DNA of 64,000 nucleotides from NCBI GenBank assembly GCA_000091205.1, contig AP006501.2. One strand, given 5' to 3'. The translations under genes were made by a program, and so were the position numbers. Positions 1-11,461 of the stretch are shown here, piece by piece; position 1 is the first letter of the stretch, and the number at the start of each line of letters is the position of its first letter. The notes below the pieces were generated by a model. It did no database searches, was not told the DNA's origin, and was given only the letters and a program-made list of their open reading frames with translations. Source of the DNA: Cyanidioschyzon merolae (lineage: Eukaryota).

Positions 1-22
1 GATCATTCGGCAAGCGAACCCT

Positions 23-751
23 ATGCACCCACGAGAGAGCAAGTCGACACCCGAAGCACCAGATGCACAGGGCGAAGCGTGCTCTCCCCGGGTACCGCAT
101 CATGCGGCTTCTGCTGCGGATGTCTCGGAAAACGCCTCAGCGTCGATGGTCACAGCGCATGTGGACGGCAGGAGCACGGAAGCAAGTGTGCTCGCGCTCG
201 TGCGTCTTCTGCGTCCGGAGCTCTTCGCGGATACGCAAGAGCGGACTGAAGCCATCGATGACGTCACAGAGGAGCTGCGTCAGTATGGATCCATCGAGGA
301 GGTGGCATTGGACGAGCGCCCCAATGAACCCGAGGCCGGCACCGTGTACGTTCGTTTCACCAAAGCTGCTGACGCGGCCGCCGCGGCCGACGCCATGCAG
401 CACAGACGCTTCGAGCAGCGTCCAGTGAATGCCGAACTTCTCAGTGTCTTCGACATGAGAGCTCGCCTCGGCGATACCAGGTCCATGCAGCAAACCGTGG
501 TCGTTCTACCGGAGGTGGTGGACCCACAAGCCTTTCTAGATGAGGAGGAACGTGCGGATATCGCCATGGATATCAGAGAGGAAATGCTTCAGTTCGCTGA
601 AAAGGTGGAGGTAGAGATTCCGCTTCCACCGCATCCCGAGGCCGGCGCAGCGTTCATTCGTTTTCCTGACCGAGTCAGTGCTGAGAAGGCTCTGTCGTCG
701 TTACAGGGTCGCTTTTTCGACGGAAGACCGGTGCGGCCCTACCTGCGGTAA
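23..751 (+). CDS. C-terminal part of a UHM/RRM-domain splicing factor (PUF60/SPF45/RBM39-like); the frame is open upstream to the window edge, so probably 5'-partial
   Basis: The C-terminus VVVLPEVVDP...AAFIRFPDRVSAEKALSSLQGRFFDGRPV matches U2AF-homology-motif ends (compare PUF60 VMVLRNMVDP...ALNGRWFAGRKV). A second RRM-like block (VYVRF...) lies upstream. No stop occurs between position 2 and the ATG at 23. Confidence 0.55.
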   Translation: MHPRESKSTPEAPDAQGEACSPRVPHHAASAADVSENASASMVTAHVDGRSTEASVLALVRLLRPELFADTQERTEAIDDVTEELRQYGSIEEVALDERPNEPEAGTVYVRFTKAADAAAAADAMQHRRFEQRPVNAELLSVFDMRARLGDTRSMQQTVVVLPEVVDPQAFLDEEERADIAMDIREEMLQFAEKVEVEIPLPPHPEAGAAFIRFPDRVSAEKALSSLQGRFFDGRPVRPYLR

Positions 752-3700
752 CTGTTGACTAGCTGGCTTCGGTTTCGGTAAACCAGGTCCGGATGCATTG
801 CGACTGACACAGAACATGACGCAAGCGATCCGCGATGACTTTTTTGTTCATGAAGCAGATTTCATTTCATGACTGCGTTCCGGGACGCAAAATACTTCTG
901 GCGAGCTTTGCAAGGTTGAGCAACCAGGCTCCGTGTCGTGACTGCAATTGAATCACTGCTGGGTCTCGCATACTTTGCATGAGCGCCTGTACCTACATCA
1001 GCGCCGTGCTTCAATGGAGTGCTTCTCGATGCTCTACGGGGAAAGAGTCAGGGTCGACGCGCTTGCAACAACCGCAACTCGAGGCACCTGAACGATGCGA
1101 GATTGCATCTTGGAGAACGACGTATGTTCTCTTGTCCGCGTTGCAACACTTGGTGCCGCTTCAGGGCGGATGTTTCGGTGCAACCTCGAATCACGCGAGG
1201 CGTCGTTCGCGTCGATAAACCCGCGGTATGTACTGGACGAGCAAAGCTGCCCAGATCATCGCATTGGTTTCAGAGTCGTCTCTAGGCTGGCGCGGTCGGA
1301 GCGCCACCAATACGCGCCGCTGAAGTTTCAAAGTGAAACCCCCGAGCTTGCAGTGCTCGTCGGGCTCTCTCAAGGTCCGCTTGCAGACTACGAGCGGCCT
1401 CTGGCCGGTCAGGAAAACTGCTCAAGAGCTTCCATAGTTTCAGTGAAAAAGCAATCACCACCACTAGTATAACAGTTGACGGTACAAGCAGGGGCAGCAG
1501 CCACCACCAGTGTTCGGAGAGCGCTCGGCAAGTTTCGCTCGGAACGCCAACGGCACGCAGTCCCGCGAACACCTGAGGCGCACGTACCCAACAGAGTGCC
1601 GTCAGGAGAGCGGTGGTACAGAAAAGAAGCAACAAGTAGCGCATTTTGCGACTAGGTACAGCCGCCTTGCAGCTTCGGTCTAGAGATGACTGCATAGAGG
1701 AGGTGTGTACAGCAGAAACTGAAGTGCGAAGACCTCGCTTGAGATCTGCACGACAAATCTTGGTTCGTACCCAAGAAGCAGCTTGTGAAAGCGATTCAAC
1801 GATGGTGTACGCTTATGTCGCCCGGGTAGCACTCGGAGAGCTTTCCCCTGGTCCAGGAACGCTTTACAAGGTAAAACTTCCCCCATTTGTTCGACTGCGC
1901 ATTCGATGGCGCCACAAACGAGTCGCATCGCTGACGCCATTATCCCAGATGAAGTATAGGTAATGTAACATAGGAGTAGGGGGTTGATGGATACCTCACC
2001 GCGCACTGAAAAAAATACCCAAAAAGAAAAGTAAAATGCGCATAATCGGAGAACGCTGGCCCATGGAAACGTTTTCTCAAGGGAAAAATCGCTGATGCCA
2101 TAGCGTTCAACCCCGAGCGTTGAATTCTGGGATGCCTGTACGAACGAAAGCTTTTTATTTTTGCTCGTCTTTATCCGGGGCAGTCAGCAGAAGAAGTGTA
2201 TGTTGTAGAGGGGTCGCAGAAAGACTTGGTGCTGTTGCTGGTAGCTTGCGAGCAACAGCTTTTGATGTACAAGTCGGTTATGCCGTGGTCAGCAGCGTCA
2301 TGAGCCCCGCAGCACGTCGTCCGTACCCTGTACGCCGTACACCGAAAACAGAATGTATCAAACTCTATCGCCACAGCTGTGTCCTCTTGACTCCATTCAA
2401 CTTGATGCATTCTGTGAGAAATACCATCAAAGCAGGTACAGGATGTGAAGTGTCTCTCCTGATGATGTCATGGATTTCGCGGAGATATAGATGGAGACGG
2501 AAAAAAAAGCAAGCGCTTACGTTCACCAGTCATGCGTTGAGCGATACACGATCGAGTTCGCACCGAAACGCGATCGCTGTGTTCAGGACGGACAGGTATT
2601 CGTCGCGCCCAACGAGCATGTACTCTGGAGATGGTATGCATTTGTACAGGTTCTGGAACAGGGGCGAACCGCTGTTCTCCAAGAAGAAACAAGCAAGTAT
2701 CACGACAAGGTCAGCTTTGACTGCGATTCAGTCATGGAGTCAACTGCGAGTCGCCAAACGTTCGGGATCGTTCAAGACTTCATCTTTCGTCGGAACACTC
2801 ATCGTGGCTCCTCTTTGCCATATTTTCTGGCTGCTCGTAGCGAACGTCGCTTTCGATGACTCCAAAGCGTTCAGTGAGCACGCAGCTGAGACTCGCGTTT
2901 AGCTTACCTTCGTGCCAGCCTATTGCCCCAGGTTCATTGGATTCGAAGGCGTCTTCTCTATTGCCGAAGCTCCATTTCGGCGATCACCGATCAATAGACG
3001 AGTCGTGCGCTTCTGCGGCACCGTCCGTCGCCAAGGGGATTTCCATCTTCACCAGCTCCAATCGGCTGCGTTGTTTCTCTGGTCGTAGGCTGGGGATGGA
3101 TGCATAGAGGTGCGCTTCGGTCCGTGGGCGTGCTCGTGGCGGAGCAAGAGGTGAAAAGCTACTACAGGAATCGTAGAGACATGCACAGAAAAGACGAGAA
3201 TCGGTGATCTAGGTCTCCAAGTGCATCTGAATCCCCAGGGAGACCAGGTATGGAAGAGAACAACCTCATCGATGCCACTCCGCCACGTAACGGGGAAACG
3301 AAGATATTGCTTTACAAGAAAAGCATGGATCCTTCCCTAAAGAGAACGAGGAGTGACGGGAACGGAAAATTATGGTAGTAGGATGATCCGTCTGCAACCG
3401 TTGTCAAGAACTACCTGCTCAGAAACGTCAACCGGGAGAATCCTCCAGAACGTGAGATGCCGGAGGTCATGACGGATCGCGTAGCGTTTTCGTCGAGGCA
3501 GTTTCGCCTCGGTTCTCTCAACTTGACGCACCTCGTCATGCAAATGTCTGGACGAGTGCCCGACACGGGGCTGTAAGGCACCCACATTCCTCGAAAGCTT
3601 TCCGATGGACCATTCATCAAACAACTGATGCTCGACACTGAAGAAACATTGCTTTCTGATGGATCCACGCATCGATATTATCGGGAGTCGGGCATGATTG

Positions 3701-4682
3701 ATACCATGAGTAATGCCAGGAAATGGAATGAAGGTGCCGGGCCCCATTTCGAGCAACTCGCATATTTTGGACGCCGCATTTCAGAATGTACTAGAGTCTG
3801 CAAATAGCTCATGCGAATGGTGGCTGGCAGGAGTTCATGAGACGGCGCTGGCGTCACCGACGGTATCCGTTGTCCAGAGGCAACAAGTGTGCATCCGCGG
3901 TGCTCTCCAATTCGTTGTAGAAGGAATTGACGGACAAGTGGCGTCCTCCGGGGGTGTCTTATGGCTCTGGACGGGCTATGGTGCGCTGGAGCTGCACGCG
4001 TGCACTCGCCACGAGAGCATACACCGAGTGCAGGAATCGAATCTGTGCGATACCCATGGAGGCGTTCAGGACGACATACACGCCTCAGGAGCACAGGTGC
4101 ACGCAGAGACTTGTAGAGAAGAAGAGCAGGAAACACAGACGCATGCATGAGATGGTGTCCAGGGTGCGCTGAGCGAACCTCAGACAGCGCAACCGTCGCT
4201 CGTGATTCGCGTGCTCTGGTGCGATTCCACCAGCATCAACAACATGCGCGAGCACTTTCTGCACTGAGATTTGAACGCCTGAACCAACATTTTAAAACAT
4301 GTCGTGCTTCCAGAGCATCGAGCAGCTTGGTACCGAACGGACATTCACGTGGATTGTTGGGTGCGTATTGTAGATTTCTGCGCTGGAATGCGCAGGGCTT
4401 GTGATGGAAAATCAGTGCTCAGAAGAGAGGGCGTTGGATTCTCGCCTGTAACACGCCATTGACGTGGTACTGGCTCAGTAGTCAGCCCAGAAACGCTAGA
4501 GCAGCGCATATTTACAAAGAAGCAATGTCCCTCGGCGATCTTTGAACGGGCATGGTGTTTTATGATTCCACAAGACCGAGTCTATAAACGAGCATGCACG
4601 CCCAGCGTCGGTGCGCTTCAGTGTTCGCTTAGCAGCAGTGTTTCCTAGCTGGGCGCATTTCATGGGCATGCGCTGTAGCCAG

Positions 4683-4710
4683 CAGGCTCGGCTCGGCTCG
4701 GCTCGGCTCA
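4683..4710. repeat. (GCTCG)5 pentanucleotide microsatellite
   Basis: gctcggctcggctcggctcggctcag. Confidence 0.85.
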
Positions 4711-5927
4711 GGATGCTGGGGGCTTGTGTCGAACCTCTTGAGTCGCACACCGGCAATATTCCCTGGATACGTGGATCCAGAGCGCTCGGGAGACTCGAAA
4801 GGGCGTCGATAAGTTTACGACTTGATTTTGCGGTATGCGCAACGTTCGACGCCCGACGCAGTACGGCCATGGTGCTCAGGGGGCATTCTGGTTTCCTCGC
4901 ATTTCTCAGCTGTCGTTACCTGTAATCGTTTAGCGCAACGTTCTTGCATAGTGGATACCGATAGAGTGGCTCGCGCCTTGCACAGCGACGACGGGGCCGC
5001 GCTGCCCCGACTCCCTGGTGCACCAGTTCGGACTGATTGTGCTCGGAGAGCGAGCGTAGCATGCTGGATCGATCGACCCTGGGTAGTCCGATTTCTGCTC
5101 TGTCGGTCATCGGAGCTCGATGCGAGCATTCCCGCGCTCGAGACGGATCACTAGCAACGTCTGACAGGAGGCCCGGGGCGACAACCACCGTAACCGGCGC
5201 GCATGATCCGCGGTATGCGCTTCACGCGTTACGTCTGTCCCCGGAAGATGCACGTCGGAGTTCGACGCTCGGCGCTGGCTCAGGGCGCTGCCTTGTGTTG
5301 CGGCTGCATCCGCTGGGAAGGGATTCACCAACGCGCTCCCAAAGGCAAGCCCCGACTTTGCATGAAAAGCATCCACGCCCCTACATCTGCCTGCAAGTGA
5401 TCGCTTGTAGTGCCGAGTTGGAGAAACCGAGCTCCTGCGTCCGGGCCCTTGCTGGTTAATCGCTGCACGCAGGCCGAAGTGCAGTTTGCAGCGAGACAGC
5501 CTCATCGCGGGACTCGATTCTGCTCTTGATGTGCGCCCTGCTCCTACCAACGATTTGCAATACACTATATTTCATGCGCAACCTTGTCATGTACGTCTCA
5601 CGGGCTACCGTGCTTCTGCGCAGCACCAGCATGAACAACGATATTACGCTGGCATGCAGAGAAGCGCCGATGCTGATGGCTCGCTGCCGTTCGCTGAGAT
5701 CGAATCGACGTATGAGACATTTATTGACAAAGAGGGTAAATGGAAAGGGTGCGACGGCCAGCGGATCACTCGAGTCACACGCCGCTGCATGGCTGCTGAG
5801 CACCTGCAGATGATCGCGTGCGCGCGCTCGCCTCCGGATTGATCGCATGTGCAGGGCGTCGGACGCCATCCGCGCACGACGTCCTGTTTCACGTGTTCAG
5901 GCTGCTTCATAACCGAACCCGCTACGC

Positions 5928-6794
5928 ATGAACGTCTCAAGAAAGCCTCGCTTCGGTGCCCCAGGCACACTCTTTTTTCTTAACTCTGCTCACTCTGCAC
6001 TTTGGACGCCGGTTGCTTCAGGAAACTGGAGTCAAGTGCAGTCCACTACGTCGTTTCACAGTGCAGTGCCGGGTTGTGGGCGTAGCACGCGCTCGCTCGT
6101 GCACCGCGCCGGTGCACGTTGGGGTCTGCGAGCGCTGCGCTGCAGCTCTGCCAACGCCCCCATGACCATAGAGGGGGCTCGGATCGGGCCGCCGCCTGAT
6201 CTGCCGTCTCTTTTGCTGCACAACCGCATCGTCTATATTGGGATGCCGCTCACAGCGCCAGTTTGTGAACTCATCATAGCCGAGCTTCTTTACCTGAACT
6301 ACAACGATCCCGACAAGCCGGTCTACGTTTACATCAACTCGACGGGGACCATGGGTCTCGACGGCAGCACTGCTGGTTTCGAGACCGACGCGTTTGCGAT
6401 CATCGACACCATGAACTACATCAAGCCGCCGGTTTACACTATCTGCGTTGGATCTGCTTTTGGTCTAGCAGCAGTGATCTTGGCATGTGGCGACAAGGGC
6501 AACCGTGCTGCCCTACCGAACGCGTCGATCATGCTGCATCAACCGCGGGGCACAGCCCGAGGCCAAGCGGCAGACATCGCTATCAAGGCGCGGGAGATTA
6601 TGTACAATCGGAAAGTTGCCATGGAGATTCTGGCGGAGCACACCGGGCGCACCGCTGAGGAATGTTTGAAAGCGAGCGAGCGGACCAAGTATATGACTCC
6701 ACAGGAGGCAAAGGAATTCGGAATTATCGATAAGATTTTACGAAGTGAGAAGGATTTGCCGAAGGACATGCCTGCCTTCCTCAAGCAGCTCTGA
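5928..6794 (+). CDS. ClpP-family protein with a substituted catalytic serine (ClpR-like non-catalytic ClpP paralog) and a ~100-aa N-terminal extension (putative organellar targeting)
   Basis: There is strong ClpP similarity (YINSTG, MLHQP, GQAADI, EFGIIDKIL). TICVGSAFGLAAVIL aligns with E. coli ClpP TICMGQAASMGAFLL, so the catalytic Ser position is Gly; the His (MLHQP) and Asp (GIID) positions are retained. Confidence 0.8.
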   Translation: MNVSRKPRFGAPGTLFFLNSAHSALWTPVASGNWSQVQSTTSFHSAVPGCGRSTRSLVHRAGARWGLRALRCSSANAPMTIEGARIGPPPDLPSLLLHNRIVYIGMPLTAPVCELIIAELLYLNYNDPDKPVYVYINSTGTMGLDGSTAGFETDAFAIIDTMNYIKPPVYTICVGSAFGLAAVILACGDKGNRAALPNASIMLHQPRGTARGQAADIAIKAREIMYNRKVAMEILAEHTGRTAEECLKASERTKYMTPQEAKEFGIIDKILRSEKDLPKDMPAFLKQL

Positions 6795-6829
6795 GCGGGA
6801 GCAAGACTCGCCTTGGTACGCTTTGTCGG

Positions 6830-6830
<1 letters not shown>

Positions 6831-6869
<39 letters not shown>
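6831..6869. repeat. (GAT)13 microsatellite about 35 bp downstream of the ClpR-like stop codon
   Basis: gatgatgat... was read directly. Confidence 0.95.
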
Positions 6870-8347
6870 CAAGCTTGGGCACCTTCATGGATGACATAGA
6901 GCCGTTTCCTCGGAAAATCGGATCCAGGCATCAGGAACATGTCGAGCATCGTTGAGTCCCGCTCCAGCATTTCATCAACCTGTTCCACAAACGAGACGTT
7001 TCGTCCGCCAGTTAGTCTTGAAAGCTAACTGCTACGGATCACACATGAGCGCATCCAGTCAGAGAACCCGGCTATGCAGCGCCGGATCTCGAGCGTGTCG
7101 ACCTACGACGCGATCGCTCGTTCCATTTTCCAGCATCACCCTGTTCGTAGCGCTTCACGCCCAGCACGGCTCACCGGGAAGTCATATGTTTGCCATAAAG
7201 GTCATGCTCATACAGCGCTACAACAAGTGGCGAACGCACACGCGCTTTACGACCGTGTACCCACTGCTGAATGATTTTTACCGAACGCTTCGCTCTGCAG
7301 CTGCGCTGCCAGCGACTGCCGTCATATCCTGCCCCTCGATCGCCGATGGGTGAACGAGCGCTACTAGCGTCACGTCGTCTCATTCAACGCTGCCTTGCGG
7401 GCATCCTCGCCCAACACAGGCTGCCACTGGCACAAGAACACCTATTCATGATGATCACGATCACCTGCGGTGCTGGCATTGACGTGTCCATAGCCAGCTA
7501 CGATGCGGGAAGCACCGGCATCCACGACCAGCACGGACCCCGTCTAGGAGAAGCGAACGCATGCCACAGGTGCCGTTGACACCCAAACCGGCACCCGCCA
7601 ATACCGAAGAGTGCCTCAACTTGAAAGCGAGTAACGAATGACGGCAACTGGGGCTGTCTCGGGTCGTGCGAGATACCTGGGCGGACGCATACTTGAACGG
7701 ATGCTGCTGCGCTGTGCAGAAGCAAGTACAGCGACTCGCGCGGGGAGAGCGTCCGCTCGTATGCGATCGCAGCGGACATGGCCAGCTTGAAACAGCTTCC
7801 CCAGCATTGATATGTCTAGATACCTATGGAAAGCAGTGTTCCTTGAAATGCACTCGCGCGGATTACCCAAGATAGCGAGTCCGTTTCCGGGGCATAGGAG
7901 CAACCGCTCGTTCCATGAGGCGCATGTGCGCTAATGCACACCGGTCTAGCGCCCCGTCGCACTGTTCTCGAAGCCACGACAACACCACGCATCAACCAGA
8001 ACAAAATTTTGTCTGCATCATGGACACCCTTTCTTTCCTTCTCCAGAGATTTTTTCACGCAATCCCGGAAATTTCGTGAAAAGCGCACGGCGTACATCGC
8101 ACCCGCACCGGATCGTTTCGCTGGTTCGGAATCGCGCTGCGGAGGCAATACGGTACGCGGACTGAACCTCAGTGTTTCCTTGACACGACTTGGCTGGAAC
8201 ACTGGAACCTATTCTATCTGATACGGTACCTGTTGCGGTTCCTGTTCTAGTCGAGGGTTTACTTGTGGTGTGCTTTAGCCGAAGCAGCAGCGGTCTGTCT
8301 CAGGGCGGCGCCGTCGGGCGCTGGCGCTTCCGGGGGAACACAACGGG

Positions 8348-9172
8348 TTGTACGACGGGCACCGCCCCCGCTTTGCCCGAGTTGCCTCCGTTTCTGACGC
8401 TCAGTACTGCATGCTGACGTCGCACGGGGTTTATCAGGGCCCCAGCAGTGTCCCGGTCGCCGTACGCTCACTGGACGAGGTGCACCGCGAAGCTCGCAAG
8501 GTGCTAGTCGAGCTCCAAAGCGCTCTCCAGCAAGCGGAGCAACAGCAGCACCACGCGCAGCTCGCGACGAAAGGAGCTTTGAAAGACCTCGGAGTCGCCA
8601 CTTTAACAGCAGAGGCACTAGAGGCGCCACGGCTGAAGCTGCAACAGCTCGAACTTGTGACTGCTGAGCTTTCGCAGCTGGCTGAGCGCGCGCCCGCTGC
8701 ACAGCGAGCTCTGTGGCAACGTCGTGCGCTGCAGCTTGAGACGCAGCACAGGGAGCTGAGCAGTCTCTGGAGGCAGGTCTATGCGGCGGAAAGGCAACGT
8801 CAATGGCACTTACGGGAGCGTGAATCGCTTCTCGAGGGCGCTGAACAGCATCGCTCCAAGTCGAAGGCTGATGCCACGATAGTCGACTTGGAACAGCTCG
8901 CAACCCAGTCTCTAGAGCACGCGTCCCATTCCGCTGATGGTATTCTCGGAAGCGGGCGCGATGTCCTCAATGCGTTGCGGCAGCAACACCAGACGCTCAA
9001 AGCGGTGCGGCGCAAGACTCTTGATATGGCCCATCGGTTGGGTCTCAGCCAAAGCCTCATTCGGCGTGTCCAGCAACGAGCCCGAAACGACATGAGAATC
9101 GTATGTGGTGGCCTCGCTGCCATTCTGGCCCTTGTCTGCTTGTTGTTCTACGTAAAACATTACCTGATGTGA
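8348..9172 (+). CDS. Golgi SNARE (Qb), GS28/Gos1-like, tail-anchored
   Basis: The C-terminal SNARE motif plus TM anchor LSQSLIRRVQQRARNDMRIVCGGLAAILALVCLLFYV resembles the GS28 NSLIQRINLRKRRDSLILGGVIGICTILLL. The upstream region is coiled-coil. The true start may be an internal Met. Confidence 0.6.
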   Translation: MYDGHRPRFARVASVSDAQYCMLTSHGVYQGPSSVPVAVRSLDEVHREARKVLVELQSALQQAEQQQHHAQLATKGALKDLGVATLTAEALEAPRLKLQQLELVTAELSQLAERAPAAQRALWQRRALQLETQHRELSSLWRQVYAAERQRQWHLRERESLLEGAEQHRSKSKADATIVDLEQLATQSLEHASHSADGILGSGRDVLNALRQQHQTLKAVRRKTLDMAHRLGLSQSLIRRVQQRARNDMRIVCGGLAAILALVCLLFYVKHYLM

Positions 9173-9411
9173 GCGGGCATGCAGTGCTTTAAAGTTTCCT
9201 TTGAGGCAGCAGGGCCTCGATGAAAAAAATGGACCACGTTCTGGTATGGAACGACACCCATGTCGGAATAAAGCAGAACAGGTCCACTAACTCGGGAGCA
9301 CATTCTTAGGTTCTGGAGGCCGTCTCAGTGCCAGCGGGGAAACCAGCCTTTGCGGGCGTATGATGCGTCTGCTTCCTTGTTCGCTCTCGCATCTCCGTAG
9401 TTAGAGACGCC

Positions 9412-10001
9412 GGTCTCTCCTGCTCTCCATAACGATTGTCAGCAGCCGATGGATGTTGCTGGCAGCGTTCAGGTACCGATTTCGCTGCCCCGGGTCGCTT
9501 TCGATGCATGATATGTACCGACGATAGTTGCGGTCTGCGCTTCGCTTGCCAGTTGCATCTTCTTCGTATACGGCCGCGGTGTACTCGTCGCTGCGATGAA
9601 ACTTGGCTCTGATTAGGTGTTTCCACACGTATCGATCGCGCGTCCTCTTCCCAGCGTCGTCCTGTCGTACGTGATTTCTTGCCTCATCGCTCGGTAGATG
9701 CCCTTGACGTGTACAGAGGGTTCCGCACGATGCACTCGTCTGTTTCCGCACCCGGTGAGGTACACAACGATCCCGGACTTGTTCTGGACGGATCCATCGG
9801 CGAGCGTGCTGCCCGCTCCACATGCACAAGTGCGTGCTGCTCCATTCGATAGAGGATATGCGGTACAAGATGTTGTCCGCGATGAAACAAGTACCAGAGG
9901 AAAGCTCCAGGCTCGAGAAAAAGTCGAGCCATTTCGATCTGTCTACGTGCCTTTTGTACAACGCTATGACGCTAGCTCCATCGAAAGCGATCACCGCGAT
10001 G
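9412..10001. repeat. Copy 1 of a ~590-bp near-identical (about 98-99%) duplicated segment; it contains the 5' part of dispersed-family element F1 and a stop-free 211-aa minus-strand ORF
   Basis: It is identical base-for-base to 39590-40179 apart from a few substitutions and indels (e.g. tgatttcttgcc vs tgatctcttgcc). The flanks are unrelated. Confidence 0.9.
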
Positions 10002-10150
10002 ACTCGAGTCCGCGACCAGGTCCCTCTTCCGTCCAAACAGAAGAAAAGGAGCGTTTCGAAGCATATCCCCTGAAAGGCATCATGCTGCTGTCAAATACCG
10101 TTTCGTTGACGACCACATAGACAGAAGGAGTCATCTTTCGAACATTCTTG
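9858..10150 (+). repeat. Dispersed ~300-bp repeat family, copy F1
   Basis: It shares 5' ...GATAGAGGATATGCGGTACAAGATGTTGTCCGCGATGAAACAAGTACCAGAGGA and 3' ...GCGATCACCGCGATGACTCGAGTCCGCGACCAGG...TCATCTTTCGAACA with F2-F5 (about 65-75% identity). Conservation is seen in two reading frames, which is nucleotide-level not protein-level. Confidence 0.7.
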
Positions 10151-10622
10151 ATTAGTTGACTGGCAAAATTTTTTTGAATGTCCGGCATGAGCTTGACAAC
10201 GAGTCGTCAAGAGGCGACGTTGCGTATTTTTCATCACCAACTTAGCGGCACGAATTGTTGCGCTTACGAGTTGATCTAGAATTGAAAGATCGAAAACTTG
10301 GAAGAATACGTGATTCGGGCGTGCCGATCGCCAGGAAAGGAGAAGAATGAGGTCTCCGATGTATGAATCGGATCATGATATCGCTCCGTTTAGGAGTCCG
10401 AGGGCGAAGTCGTCACGAATCGTTTTGCTTTCGATGGTGCAACGAATTCCAGCTGCAAGGCGTCAACCGAGCAACCCTGCAAGAACAACCGAGAATCCGA
10501 ACACCACGTATGAACCCTCAAGCCCTCATTCCTGAAATTCGAATGCCATGGCTTTACATCTATAACAAGTTCAGAGCAGAAATCGCAAGGCAGGAGCAGA
10601 TCGACTCGGTCAGTATTCCGTT

Positions 10623-11461
10623 TTAACCTAGTACCGGTCTCCGTAGAAGAACCAGGCCCAAATAGAAGGCACTGCAGCCAGTTCGCTCGGCTTCGTCATC
10701 TGGTACCTTTCGCTCGTACGCGCTGCTGTGATAACTCGGTGTGTTCGTTGCTGGAGGCGAGCTCGCGTCCTCCTCTGGTGTCGTCCTCAGCACAAGTCCG
10801 TTCTGCGTGAACGAGAAGTTTTCGCAAGGTCCCCGGGTGTAGGTCGTAGCCTTCCAAAGGCCACGGTTCACGCACCGTACCGATGGCGGCTGCAGTGGCC
10901 CTTCGAACTTGCGTGAGGAGGTCCAGGAATCGCTCCGTGCAGCCGTTGATACCCGCCTCGTCAGGCGGCAAAACTGCAAGCACGTTAACTGTATCGCAGG
11001 TCACCTGTTGCAGCTGCAGCAGCGCTTCTTCAGATTCATCCAATTGTTCCAGAGCCGCCGCTTCTGCAGTGTCTCGGAGCAAAACGTCGTAGAGCGCCTT
11101 GGTCGATGCTCGTTGCTCCATTGCCGAGCTTCGTTCCCTCGAAAACGACGTTTCGCAGTGACTGCGTTACGCGCACCGGCCAGGCTGGTGTTCCAGACGC
11201 CCCAAACCGCGGCTCGGAGACTTCTTTTTCTGGTTTCGATTCCGTGAAACTGACCAGCGTTCTCGGACTGCGCGGTTGCTTTCGACAACCAGCCAAGCGA
11301 GCACTATCCGTCTCGTACGAACGTAACGGGGCTCCACTGGTGTCAGAGGCTCGCTCCTCGTCAAGCGTGGCTCGTTGGAATATGCTCTTTGCAGCAGCAG
11401 CAGCAGCAGCAGCAGGAGCGCCTTGAGCGCGATCGACACTGTCGGGCTTACAGTCCTTCAA
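10623..11461 (-). CDS. Possible small gene split across two or three frames (hypothetical; a frameshift or a short intron would be needed)
   Basis: Adjacent same-strand ORFs 11036-11461, 10696-11121 and 10623-10979 lie in different frames and have protein-like sequence (e.g. MEQRASTKALYDVLLRDTAEAAALEQLDESEEALLQLQQV). Call is speculative. Confidence 0.2.
11392..11418. repeat. (GCA)9 microsatellite
   Basis: gcagcagcagcagcagcagcagcagca. Confidence 0.9.

Noticed and set aside
751-5900. Multiple 100-260-aa ORFs (e.g. 2120-2902 +, 3678-4148 -, 5107-5565 -) between the UHM gene and ClpR
   Set aside because: No recognisable motifs are present. The ORFs mutually overlap in different frames and are Arg/Ser/Cys-rich, as expected for GC-rich non-coding DNA. 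They were left unannotated.
8259-8903. 214-aa ORF antisense to the GS28-like SNARE gene
   Set aside because: It is Ala/Arg-rich and fully overlapped by a well-supported gene on the other strand. This is a typical GC-rich antisense artefact. The same reasoning rejects 61793-62524 (-), 45589-46341 (-), 52220-52927 (+), 27709-28581 (-) and 41664-42164 (-).
9822-10073. Apparent protein-level conservation (MRYKMLSAMKQVPEE... / MRNAILSMAKKVPEE... / MWNVMLSMIEHIPER...) among copies of the 300-bp repeat family
   Set aside because: The other + frame of the same copies is equally conserved (SIESDHRDDSSPRPGP / STESDRCDDSSPSPRP). The conservation is therefore at nucleotide level and the frames are not a coding gene.
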